Source: Gemmatimonadota bacterium (GTDB lineage Bacteria > JBHIER01 > G020348925). Taken from it: 64,000 nt of DNA. The stretch is taken from NCBI GenBank assembly GCA_020348925.1, contig CP070758.1, positions 2,681,688 to 2,745,687 on the forward strand, read 5' to 3'. The first letter of the stretch is position 1. Each line of letters opens with the position of its first letter. This document shows, piece after piece, positions 29,167-38,974 of the stretch. The notes beneath the pieces were generated by a model. It searched no databases. It saw only the letters and a list, made by a program, of their open reading frames with translations, and was not told the origin of the DNA. The position numbers and the translations under genes were made by a program.

Positions 29167-32100
29167 ATGAAACGGTCGAGAGGAATACTTCTCTTTTCTA
29201 TCCTTTTTCTTACAACAATATCCACACTATTAGCCGGCCAAACCTTCGCAGGAAATTCCCAGGACGAGATTGAAACAGACATTTTGAATGCCTTGGAGGC
29301 GAATGAATCCGATCTGTTAACTGCCCTCGTGAGAGAAAACAGACACAGAGCTTACACTATGGCCATGGGGCTCACGAATGACTACATCGCGGAGGAGGTG
29401 GGGGGTAACATCGATCTGGCGAGGGATAAGATTACCAAAGCGGAGCGCCTGGCTCTACTCTATGATGAACTGTTCGGTGAGGACTATCTGCTCGAGAGAG
29501 TGGAGTTGTATCAAAGCTGGTCGACGACTCAGAAAGTAGAAAGGATTGAAATCGATTCACTGAAATTTCAAGGGAAAAGGGATTACCTGAACAGCAGGTA
29601 TGACGAAGCTATGGAGAAGTTTGAGCGGGCACTGGAACTCAGCAGAGCTTTAGGGGAAACATGGTGCGAAGCCTGTATCTATATCATGATTGGGGTGAAA
29701 TTCTGGTATCAAGAAGAGTACGACAGGTCCAGAGAATACTACGAGCGGGCCCTGACGCTCCAGGAAGAGATCGGGAATAGAAAGGGTGTGGGCAAGCTTC
29801 TCAACAACATTGGGCTCATCTGGTGGCAACAAGGTGACTACTTCCAAGCGTTGGACATCATTGCTCGATCCTTGGTCGTTCACAGAGAAGTGGAATCACG
29901 AACTGATGAGGCAAATGCATTGACAAATATTGGTATTCTCCACAGGAATCTGGGCCACTATCAGCAGGCGCTGTCCTGCTACGAGGAAGCCCTCGAAATC
30001 CGAAGGGAGACCAGGGACAAGAGGAGAGAAGGTACGCTCCTCGGAAATATTGCAGTTGCCTATAAGTGCATGGGGAGGTACCAAGAGTCGATACGTCTTT
30101 TGACGCAAGCGCTGCAGAGAAACAGAGAGGTTGGAAACAGGCGAAGTGAGGGGCTGAACAAGAATGAGATGGGAGAAATTTTCATCATTCTTGGGCAATA
30201 CAGGAGAGCCCGTGATTACCTGAATCAGGCCCATGATATCTTCGGAGAGATAGAATTTAAGAAGGGACAAGGGATGTCCCTGTCCAATATGGGCTTGGCC
30301 TATTGGTATCAAGGTGACTTCGATGAAGCCTTGGATCATTACGAGAGGGCACTCACGCTCCACAGGGAGATCGATTGCAAACCGTGTGAGGCAGTGAATG
30401 TTGCAAAAATCGGAGATGTGTATTGTCAGGCGGGGGACTATGAAAAGGCTCTGGAGCAGTATACTGCTGCGCTCAATATGTTTCATGAAATAGGTGATAA
30501 GGAGAATGAGGCGGAAAATTACTGCAGATTAGGAAACCTTTGGGTAGACATGAGTGACTATGAAACGGCCATCGCCCACTATCGTGAGGGATTGAAAATT
30601 GCCTCGGAGATAGATGCGCCCAGGGTTCTGTGGACCGCCCAGCGAGGTATCGGCCGGGCGTTGGAAGAACAAGGTGAACATGATGACGCCCTGGTGCATT
30701 ATGAGCAGGCGATAACGACGATCGAGTCTCTCAGGGAACAATTGGATAGTGAGCCCCTCAAAACGCATTATTTAGCCGATAAGATAACGGTGTATCAATC
30801 ACTGGTAAACCTTCTCACAGAGAGAGGGCAAATTGAGGAGGCCTTCGAATACAGTGAACAGGCCAAGGCGCGGGCTCTTTTGGATGTGCTCTCCCAGGGT
30901 AAGTTCGCTGTGTCGGAGGACGTTGATACCGAGATTCTCATTCAAAAGAGAGACCTTCAAAGAAGGCTGAATCGCCTGAACACCCGGTTGACTCAAGAAT
31001 ACCTTCATGAGGAGGGAGAGCGGGACCGCGGACGGATCAGCGTTCTTCGTGACAGTTTGCGGCTGACCAGGATGGCTGCCGAGGAGCTTGCAGGCGTCAT
31101 TCACATGACATACCCATCCTCCGTAAATGTAACGGGGATTTCACGACCTCTGACCCTGCGGGAGATTCAGGAGATCGTTCTGGGCGTCGGAAAAACCGAG
31201 GTTTTGGTGGAATATCTGATGGGTGAAGAAGCCATGCACGTCTGGGTGATGAGGCGTCATGAAGTTGCGTACGAACGTATTGAGGTCGCACAGGACGAGC
31301 TGAAAAAAATGGTTCAGGAATTGCGGCAACCCTTTGTGGCCTTTCGGGACGGTCAGATAGTTCTATTACCCAACGTGCCCTATGATGTGGCGCTTGCTCA
31401 CGAAATTTATCGGCTCGTGTTTCAGCCCATTGAAAAGCATCTGAGAGATGATGAGCATATTGTCATTGTACCGGATGGCATACTGCATAATCTTCCTTTC
31501 GAAGCGCTGGTTGTTGAAAAAGGAGAGGTGAAGGCGGATGCCCGGACAATTTTCTCCCAGTATGAGAATGTTACCTACCTAACGGAGAAGTTTGCCATTT
31601 CGTATGCTCCATCAGCCAGTGTTTTGAATCCCTATTTACAGAAGAAACCTGATCTGAGTAATATTGAGGGAGAGCTCTTGGCCTTTAGTAATCCGGATTT
31701 CGGCCATGCTTCCCAGGATAGTATTAAGGATGCGGAGGCTGATATGTCCCCTCTGACTTTGCTGTTGAGATCCGGAGAAGGGTGGATTTTTGAGCAACTG
31801 CCCGGGGCGGAGGTGGAGGTGGAGGTGATATCGGCCGTTGTCGGGACTCAGAAAACCCACGTGTTCACAGGAGCGGAGGCCAAGGAGGAGGTGTTTAAGG
31901 AGAGGGCCGGGAGGTACAGGACGATTCATTTGGCCACGCACAGCGTCTTCGAGGATGAAGAACCCCTCTATTCCAGGATCATCTTTGCCCTTGACGATGA
32001 TCCTGGGGAGGACGGGTTTCTGGAGGTCCACGAAATTTTCAACCTGAAACTGAATGCGGATCTTGTGGTGTTGAGTGCGTGGGAGACGGGATTGGGGGAG

Positions 32101-32364
32101 CTGAGTGCCGGTGAAGGGCTCATCGGGTTGACCCGGGCCTTCATGTATGCTGGGGCGCCCTCGGTGGTAGTCAGTCTGTGGAGTGTGGGTGAGTCGACGT
32201 GTCAACTGATGAAGGGTTTCTACGAGAATTTGAAAGGTGGTATGACCAAGGCGGAAGCGTTGAGGCAGGCGAAGATTTCCATGATTCATACGAGAGAGGG
32301 TGGGATGTCATATGCTCATCCATTTCTGTGGGCACCCTTTGTGCTGGTGGGGGAGTGGAGATGA
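29167..32364 (+). CDS. Secreted TPR + CHAT (caspase-like) domain protein; catalytic Cys position reads Trp
   Basis: AAGGAGGTG RBS, signal peptide, ~9 TPRs, EQAKARALLD, IVPDGILHNLPFEAL, IHLATHS, LVVLSAWETGLG, SVVVSLWSV, HPFLWAPFVLVG. Confidence 0.92.
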   Translation: MKRSRGILLFSILFLTTISTLLAGQTFAGNSQDEIETDILNALEANESDLLTALVRENRHRAYTMAMGLTNDYIAEEVGGNIDLARDKITKAERLALLYDELFGEDYLLERVELYQSWSTTQKVERIEIDSLKFQGKRDYLNSRYDEAMEKFERALELSRALGETWCEACIYIMIGVKFWYQEEYDRSREYYERALTLQEEIGNRKGVGKLLNNIGLIWWQQGDYFQALDIIARSLVVHREVESRTDEANALTNIGILHRNLGHYQQALSCYEEALEIRRETRDKRREGTLLGNIAVAYKCMGRYQESIRLLTQALQRNREVGNRRSEGLNKNEMGEIFIILGQYRRARDYLNQAHDIFGEIEFKKGQGMSLSNMGLAYWYQGDFDEALDHYERALTLHREIDCKPCEAVNVAKIGDVYCQAGDYEKALEQYTAALNMFHEIGDKENEAENYCRLGNLWVDMSDYETAIAHYREGLKIASEIDAPRVLWTAQRGIGRALEEQGEHDDALVHYEQAITTIESLREQLDSEPLKTHYLADKITVYQSLVNLLTERGQIEEAFEYSEQAKARALLDVLSQGKFAVSEDVDTEILIQKRDLQRRLNRLNTRLTQEYLHEEGERDRGRISVLRDSLRLTRMAAEELAGVIHMTYPSSVNVTGISRPLTLREIQEIVLGVGKTEVLVEYLMGEEAMHVWVMRRHEVAYERIEVAQDELKKMVQELRQPFVAFRDGQIVLLPNVPYDVALAHEIYRLVFQPIEKHLRDDEHIVIVPDGILHNLPFEALVVEKGEVKADARTIFSQYENVTYLTEKFAISYAPSASVLNPYLQKKPDLSNIEGELLAFSNPDFGHASQDSIKDAEADMSPLTLLLRSGEGWIFEQLPGAEVEVEVISAVVGTQKTHVFTGAEAKEEVFKERAGRYRTIHLATHSVFEDEEPLYSRIIFALDDDPGEDGFLEVHEIFNLKLNADLVVLSAWETGLGELSAGEGLIGLTRAFMYAGAPSVVVSLWSVGESTCQLMKGFYENLKGGMTKAEALRQAKISMIHTREGGMSYAHPFLWAPFVLVGEWR

Positions 32365-32514
32365 GAGGGGACGGATTCAGAAAAATGAACGCCGCAGAGG
32401 CTCGGTGTCACCGAGCTTGATGCATTCATAGACAACGCCAGCGTCTCGAGCCCCCCTCATCCGGAGGTACAATGGCCATTTTATGACACCACCTCTCATG
32501 CCTCTCTTATATCC

Positions 32515-32543
32515 TTGACAACCCCTTCGGATTGTATTATAAT
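32515..32543 (+). promoter_or_regulatory. Consensus sigma70 promoter upstream of glgB
   Basis: TTGACA-17 bp-TATAAT, a perfect match. Confidence 0.8.
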
Positions 32544-32696
32544 ATCGCCTGTCCTACTTGAGGGGGATACCCTGAATCCGATCGTTTTTAGGAACTCGGA
32601 TGAACGCGTCGCGTTTGATAGTTCGCGGCGACACTATTTTTGCAGAAGAAAAGGGAATAGTGATAAACAGAACGTCTAAGTACTGAAAGAACTCCA

Positions 32697-34613
32697 ATGT
32701 CCGTGAATTACGACATATCGCTTCTGACCAGTGACGATCTCTTCCTCTTCAACGAAGGGAACCATTTTCGGCTTCAGGATAAGTTAGGAGCCCACATCGT
32801 GACATCCCAGGGGCAAGAGGGAACCTATTTTGCCGTGTGGGCTCCGGATGCTGAAGGGGTGTTCGTTACGGGGGATTTTAACGGATGGGACAAGACGAGC
32901 CATCCTCTCCGCCCGCGGGAGCAGTCGGGAATCTGGGAGGGTTTTCTTCCCGGTCTGAGCAAAGGAAGCACATACAAATTCCACGTCACTTCCCGCTACC
33001 GCGGCTATCAGGTCGATAAGGCCGATCCCTTCGCCATTTACAGTGAGGTGCCACCGAAGACGGCCTCCATCGTCTGGGATCTCGATTACGACTGGGGTGA
33101 CGGCGAATGGATGACTCGGCGCAGAGACAGGAACCTTCACCAAGAGCCCCTGGCCATCTATGAAATGCACATCGGATCCTGGATGCGCGTTCCGGGAGAG
33201 GGAAATCGTCCGCTGAGCTACAGGGAACTGGGACCCAAACTGGCGGAATACGTGAAGCGTTTGGGTTTCACTCACGTCGAATTTCTTCCGGTTATGGAGC
33301 ACCCTTTCTACGGCTCCTGGGGATACCAGGTGTGCGGCTACTTCGCCCCCACCAGCAGATACGGTTCACCCCAGGATTTTATGTCTCTCATTGACTGCCT
33401 CCACCAGCATGGCATCGGGGTTATCCTGGATTGGGTACCATCTCACTTTACCACCGACGAGCACGGACTCGGCTACTTTGACGGGACGTACCTGTACGAA
33501 CACTCTGATCCCCGCCAGAGGATCCACCCGGACTGGAACAGCCTGATCTTCAACTACGGGCGAAACGAAGTGCGGAGCTTCCTCATGAGCAGCGCTCTTC
33601 AATGGCTGGACACATTTCACGCGGATGGACTCCGCGTGGACGCCGTCGCCTCCATGCTCTACCTGGACTATTCGCGCAGGGAAGGGGAGTGGATACCGAA
33701 TACCTACGGGGGTCGGGAAAACCTGCAAGCGATCTCTTTTCTGCGTCGCTTCAATGAAGATGTCTATAAGGAATGTCCAGGAGTCCAGACAATTGCCGAA
33801 GAATCGACCGATTGGCCTATAGTCTCTCGGCCCACCTACGTGGGGGGGTTGGGCTTCGGCATGAAATGGGATATGGGCTGGATGCACGATACCTTGGAAT
33901 ATATATCCAAGGATCCGGTTCACAGGAAGTTTCATCATAACCAGTTAACCTTTCGCATGATCTATGCCTTTCACGAGAATTTTATCCTCCCTCTTTCACA
34001 CGACGAGGTCGTGCATGGAAAGGGATCGCTTCTCGGTAAAATGCCGGGAGACGAGTGGCAGAAGTTCGCCAACCTCAGGCTCCTGTACGGGTATATGTAT
34101 GCCCAGCCCGGAAAGAAACTCCTCTTTATGGGAGGCGAATTCGGCCAGGTGGGTGAGTGGCGACACGACGAGAGCCTTGACTGGCATGTTCTTCAGTATC
34201 CGGTTCATTCGAATATGAAGCGTTGGGTAGAAGATCTGAATAAGCTCTATCAGCGGGAACCCGCATTATATGCGACCGATTTCGATCCGGCCGGTTTCGA
34301 ATGGATCGATTGCAATGACGGCCAAAATAGCGTCCTCAGCTTCATCCGAAAGGGATACTCCCAGGACGATATCCTTATCATCGTATGCAACTTCACCCCC
34401 GTACTCCGTCATAACTACCGTATCGGCACACCCCTCAATGGATACTGGAGGGAAATCTTAAACAGTGACGCCGTGGAGTATGGAGGCTCAGGTGTGGGCA
34501 ACTTAGGCGGTGTTGAGGCAGCCTCAGAGCCTTTCCACGGACGTGATTTCTCCCTCTCCCTGACGTTACCTCCCCTGGGCGTCGTATTCTTCAAACGGGA
34601 ACACGGGGGGTGA
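32697..34613 (+). CDS. glgB: 1,4-alpha-glucan branching enzyme (GH13)
   Basis: FAVWAP, IYEMHIGSW, EHPFYGSWGYQ, VILDWVPSHF, DGLRVDAVASMLY, IAEEST, KWDMGWMHD, LPLSHDEVVHGK. Confidence 0.97.
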   Translation: MSVNYDISLLTSDDLFLFNEGNHFRLQDKLGAHIVTSQGQEGTYFAVWAPDAEGVFVTGDFNGWDKTSHPLRPREQSGIWEGFLPGLSKGSTYKFHVTSRYRGYQVDKADPFAIYSEVPPKTASIVWDLDYDWGDGEWMTRRRDRNLHQEPLAIYEMHIGSWMRVPGEGNRPLSYRELGPKLAEYVKRLGFTHVEFLPVMEHPFYGSWGYQVCGYFAPTSRYGSPQDFMSLIDCLHQHGIGVILDWVPSHFTTDEHGLGYFDGTYLYEHSDPRQRIHPDWNSLIFNYGRNEVRSFLMSSALQWLDTFHADGLRVDAVASMLYLDYSRREGEWIPNTYGGRENLQAISFLRRFNEDVYKECPGVQTIAEESTDWPIVSRPTYVGGLGFGMKWDMGWMHDTLEYISKDPVHRKFHHNQLTFRMIYAFHENFILPLSHDEVVHGKGSLLGKMPGDEWQKFANLRLLYGYMYAQPGKKLLFMGGEFGQVGEWRHDESLDWHVLQYPVHSNMKRWVEDLNKLYQREPALYATDFDPAGFEWIDCNDGQNSVLSFIRKGYSQDDILIIVCNFTPVLRHNYRIGTPLNGYWREILNSDAVEYGGSGVGNLGGVEAASEPFHGRDFSLSLTLPPLGVVFFKREHGG

Positions 34614-34726
34614 TAAAATACCTGGTGCATTGTTTTGATCAACAAGCTATTTCCCCGCACAGCAACTGCACATGCAATAACAAGCTGTATTTGTAAAAAC
34701 AACATTTTTAAGAAAGGAGTTGTGCT

Positions 34727-34939
34727 ATGAAAGAGAAGATTATTAAAACGGCCGGTTCCATCTGGAATGTTCTGAGGGAGAAAGACAAAGTTGAAATTTC
34801 ACGCCTCCCGAAAATGGTCGGGGAGAAAACAGTCGTCGTCTATCAGGCCATCGGCTGGCTCGCCCGTGAAGACAAGATCGTCTATCACAAAAAAGGTGAC
34901 AAGACATACGTCGCCCTGCCGGAGCATGAGAGAGGTTAG
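34727..34939 (+). CDS. Small winged-helix protein (DUF2582-like)
   Basis: I...AG.IW..L...YQAIGWLAREDKI signature; AAGGAG RBS. Confidence 0.85.
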   Translation: MKEKIIKTAGSIWNVLREKDKVEISRLPKMVGEKTVVVYQAIGWLAREDKIVYHKKGDKTYVALPEHERG

Positions 34940-35124
34940 TTGGGGGAAAACCCCAACACCCCTTATAGTCCCCCTTTCTTAAGGGAGACTTAGGGAGATT
35001 GATATTGGAAACATTGAATCCTCCTTAACTCTCCTTTCGCAAAGGAGGGAATACAGAAAGTCCTATTTTTTTAAAGTGGGATAGAGTGGGATTTAAAATA
35101 AGAAAAAACGGAAGTGTCCCGAGT

Positions 35125-37554
35125 ATGAACCGGTACATCTGCATTCACGGCCATTTTTACCAGCCTCCGCGCGAGAATCCGTGGCTCGAAGCCATCGAGC
35201 TCCAGGATGCCACCTCTCCCTATCACGACTGGAACGAACGAATCACGGCCGAATGCTACGCCACAAATGCTACTTCCCGTATCCTAAATGAACAGGACCG
35301 TATAGCCCGGATCGTCAACAACTATGCTAAAATAAGCTTCAACTTCGGACCGACCCTTCTCGCTTGGATGGAGGAGAAGGCACCGGATATCTATACCGCT
35401 ATTCTGGAGGCTGATAAAGAGAGCCGGGTGAATTTTTCCGGCCACGGCTCCGCCATGGCCCAGGTTTACAATCACCTCATCATGCCTCTTGCCAATAGTA
35501 GAGATAAACGTACACAGGTTTCATGGGGGATCAAGGACTTCGAACATCGCTTCGGCAGAAAGCCGGAGGGCATGTGGCTCTCCGAGACGGCGGTTGATGT
35601 TGAGACGCTGGATATCCTGGCTCAGTGTGATATCCGGTTTACGATCCTCTCCCCGCATCAGGCACAACGAGTGCGGCGCATCGGTGCAGAACAGTGGGAC
35701 GATGTGAGAGACGGAACGGTCGATCCGAAAATGCCCTACCTGTGCCGTCTTCCGTCGGAAAAAACAATTGTTCTTTTTTTCTACGACGGCTCCATATCCC
35801 ATGACGTGGCCTTCGGTAACCTTTTGAAAAGCGGTGACCGTTTCGCGGAACGATTGCTAAACGCTTTTTCAGAGAACGTCGAAACGCCTCAACTTACCCA
35901 CATTGCCAGCGATGGCGAAACGTACGGCCATCATCACCGTTTCGGAGAAATGGCCCTCTCCTATGCCCTCCATTTTATCGAGTCCAGAAACACCGCCCGT
36001 CTCACCAACTACGGTGAATACCTCGAAAAAAATCCCCCTACCTATGAAGTCGAGCTTGCCGAGAACACCTCGTGGAGCTGTGCCCATGGTGTCGAACGTT
36101 GGAGGAGCGACTGCGGATGTCGAATCGGTAAACATCCTGAATGGCATCAGGCTTGGCGCGCACCCCTGCGAGAAGCACTGGACTGGCTTCGCGATTCATT
36201 CGTGAAAATGTACGAGGGGAAAGCCCGATCGTATTTGAAGGAACCGTGGGAAGCAAGAGATGATTACATCAAGGTCGTTCTCAACCGATCCCGAGAAAAC
36301 CTCGACACATTTTTAAAGGAGCACTGCCAGCGAACGCTGAGCGAAGCTGAAAAAACTGAGGTGCTCAAGCTGTTCGAACTCCAACGATGCGCCATGCTCA
36401 TGTATACGAGCTGCGGCTGGTTCTTTGATGAATTGTCCGGTATAGAAACCGTTCAAATCATGCAATACGCGGGGCGTGCCATCCAGCTCGCCCAGGAAAT
36501 CTTCGGCCACGATAGCGAACCTCAGTTTCTCGATCTCCTGAGCCGGGCGAAGAGCAATATTCCTGTGCTTGAAAACGGCCGCATCATCTACCAGAAGTAT
36601 GTAAAACCGGCCACGCTCGATCTTGAACAGGTCTGCGCTCATCATTCAATAAGCTCATTGTTTCGAGAGCACCCGGAGAAAACGTCCGTCTACTGCTACA
36701 CTATTGAGCGCGAAGATTCGAAACAACTCGAAGCGGGAAAAACAAAGCTTATTGTGGAGCGTTCGAAAGTGACATCCGAAATGACACTGGAATCCTCGAC
36801 ATTCTGCTCAGCAGCATTGCACATGGGTGATCACAACCTCAGTTGCGGTGTTCGAGAATTCCGCGGGGCTCGGCTCCACCAGACTCTCGTACGGGAACTC
36901 TCCAATGTCTTTGACCAGGCTGACTATCCCAAGACTCTTCGACTCATGGACAAGCATTTCGGAACAGCGACCTACTCATTGAAATCACTCTTTCGAGACG
37001 AGCAGCGTGAGATCCTAAACCGCATCCTGAAAACGACCCTTGAGGAAGCTGACGGAGCCTACCGCCAGCTCTACGAGTATCACGCCCCACTGATGCGATT
37101 TCTGAAGGACTCGGGTGTTCCTCCTCCAAAGGCTCTCTCCATCGCCTCAGAGGTTGTCCTGAATAACAGTTTACGAATCGCTTTCGAGACAGAAGATCTT
37201 GACCCGGAGCGCGTTCAGATGCTTCTCAAAGAGGTTCATTCAGAGGGCATTCAACTCGACGCAGAGAGTCTGGAGTATACACTTCGATCCACGGCTGAGC
37301 AGTTGGCCGAAGATCTTCGTAGGAACCCAAGGGAGATACCGATGCTCCAAAAGTTACATACGGTCATTACCCTTCTCCCCTCCCTGCCCTTTCGACTCAA
37401 TCTCTGGAACGTACAGAACAGATGCTACGACATTCTCCAGGACATCTATCCTGAGATGAAGGCAGAGTCTCAACAAGGCGATAAAGCGGCTGAAAAATGG
37501 CTTTCACTTTTCAGCGAACTCTGCGAAAAGCTCAGTTTACGCGTTGATGAATAA
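35125..37554 (+). CDS. Glycoside hydrolase family 57 with DUF3536 domain
   Basis: ICIHGHFYQPPRENPW, ISFNFGPTLL, PEGMWLSET, ASDGETYGHH, SWSCAHGVERW, MLMYTSCGWFFDE; start taken at MNRYI. Confidence 0.92.
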   Translation: MNRYICIHGHFYQPPRENPWLEAIELQDATSPYHDWNERITAECYATNATSRILNEQDRIARIVNNYAKISFNFGPTLLAWMEEKAPDIYTAILEADKESRVNFSGHGSAMAQVYNHLIMPLANSRDKRTQVSWGIKDFEHRFGRKPEGMWLSETAVDVETLDILAQCDIRFTILSPHQAQRVRRIGAEQWDDVRDGTVDPKMPYLCRLPSEKTIVLFFYDGSISHDVAFGNLLKSGDRFAERLLNAFSENVETPQLTHIASDGETYGHHHRFGEMALSYALHFIESRNTARLTNYGEYLEKNPPTYEVELAENTSWSCAHGVERWRSDCGCRIGKHPEWHQAWRAPLREALDWLRDSFVKMYEGKARSYLKEPWEARDDYIKVVLNRSRENLDTFLKEHCQRTLSEAEKTEVLKLFELQRCAMLMYTSCGWFFDELSGIETVQIMQYAGRAIQLAQEIFGHDSEPQFLDLLSRAKSNIPVLENGRIIYQKYVKPATLDLEQVCAHHSISSLFREHPEKTSVYCYTIEREDSKQLEAGKTKLIVERSKVTSEMTLESSTFCSAALHMGDHNLSCGVREFRGARLHQTLVRELSNVFDQADYPKTLRLMDKHFGTATYSLKSLFRDEQREILNRILKTTLEEADGAYRQLYEYHAPLMRFLKDSGVPPPKALSIASEVVLNNSLRIAFETEDLDPERVQMLLKEVHSEGIQLDAESLEYTLRSTAEQLAEDLRRNPREIPMLQKLHTVITLLPSLPFRLNLWNVQNRCYDILQDIYPEMKAESQQGDKAAEKWLSLFSELCEKLSLRVDE

Positions 37555-37566
37555 GGAATAATAATC

Positions 37567-38523
37567 ATGTTTCGGATAGCTCTTGCTCAGATCAATACGA
37601 CTGTGGGCGATTTGGAGGGGAATTCACGGAAAATCATTGAGTGCCTCGAACGGAGCAGAGCAATGGGCATTGATCTCGTGGCTTTTCCTGAATTGGCCGT
37701 CACAGGCTATCCACCGGAGGACCTGCTTCTGAAGTCCCGCTTCGTCAATCAAAATATTGAAATTGTCAAAAAAATCGCAAAACATGCGAGGGGAGTGGCT
37801 GCTCTTGTCGGTTTCGCTGACAAAAGGGGAAAAGTACGGAATAGCGCCGCCGTTCTCCACGCCGGGAGCGTAGCCGGAGTCTGTCATAAAATATGTCTTC
37901 CCAACTACGGCGTCTTTGACGAGCACCGCTATTTTGAGCCGGGATCTCACCCCCTCGTCCTTCAATTACGAGGCGTTCGGGTCGGGGTGAATATCTGCGA
38001 GGATATCTGGATTCCCGATGGTGTCACTGAATCCCAAATATTTCTGGGGGGAGCTGAGCTCATTGTCAACATTTCATCTTCCCCCTATCACGCCGGGAAA
38101 GGTCGAGAACGGGAGAAGATGTTGGCCTCCAGAGCGAGGAAGAATAGGGCCATTGTCGCCTACGTCAATCTTATAGGAGGACAGGACGAACTCGTCTTCG
38201 ACGGCCAGAGTTTGATCTTCAATGAACATGGTGTCTTAATCGCCCAGGGTAATCAATTCGAGGAGGATTTTATCCATTTCGATCTGAAGCTCGAGCCCCT
38301 GAGAAGACTACGATCGAAAGATCGCACTTTTCAGAGAAGAACATCATCATTTCAAAGTCCGTACACTGTTCGGCTTTTAGAACTTGGGGGCAGAAGTCGA
38401 AGGCAGCGCAAGCCTTTGAAAGCGCCCCGTCCAAGGAGACGACTCACCTCTACAGAGGAGATACACAAAGCGCTTGTCATTGGTACTCGAGACTATGTTC
38501 GAAAAAATGGATTTCAGAAAGTC
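37567..38523 (+). CDS. nadE: Glutamine-dependent NAD+ synthetase, 3' truncated by gap
   Basis: RIALAQIN.TVGD, FPELAVTGYPPEDLL, K..LPNYGVFDE.RYF, ICEDIW, GGQDELVFDG, ALVIGTRDYVRKNGF. Confidence 0.93.
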
Positions 38524-38623
38524 NNNNNNNNNNNNNNNNNNNNNNNNNNNNNNNNNNNNNNNNNNNNNNNNNNNNNNNNNNNNNNNNNNNNNNNNNNNNN
38601 NNNNNNNNNNNNNNNNNNNNNNN
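38524..38623. other. 100-N contig spacer
   Basis: Run of exactly 100 N. Confidence 0.95.
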
Positions 38624-38698
38624 AGGAGCCGTATGAGGTAGTCCCTCACATACGGATCTGTGCGCGGGGTGCCGGTCAACCGGCATTCCTACCGCGAC
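38624..38698 (+). mobile_element. 3' end of a group II intron (domains V and VI)
   Basis: GAGCCGTATGAGG...CCTCACATACGGATC (DV with AGC triad), then the hairpin GGGTGCCGGTCAACCGGCATTCCT with bulged A and terminal ...CCGCGAC. Confidence 0.85.
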
Positions 38699-38915
38699 GA
38701 AAGCTGAGAAGTGTTCTACCTATTCGATATATATGAATCGAACACGTCATTCTTTTGAGACTGAGCGTTTTTCTGACGGTATCGTATCACACCTCCCTAC
38801 AAAAAATGGAGAAAAGGAATAATTATCAAAGAAATTTTTATCTTCCACGTATACTCAACACTCCCACAGTTCGACCGAGAATCACTGAAATCAATTCTGT
38901 TCCTGTCCGTTTGAA

Positions 38916-38956
38916 CAAGAGAAAGGGCCACGTAGAGATAATCCAAACGTGGCCCC
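38916..38956 (-). terminator. Probable terminator of the FG-GAP/cohesin gene
   Basis: GGGCCACGT/ACGTGGCCC stem followed on the minus strand by TTTCTCTT. Confidence 0.6.
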
Positions 38957-38974
38957 TCACGTCATCCGTCCAAT

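Noticed and set aside
37567-38736. nadE interrupted by a group II intron, or ORFs read through N gaps
   Set aside because: The 100-N spacers are artificial joins.
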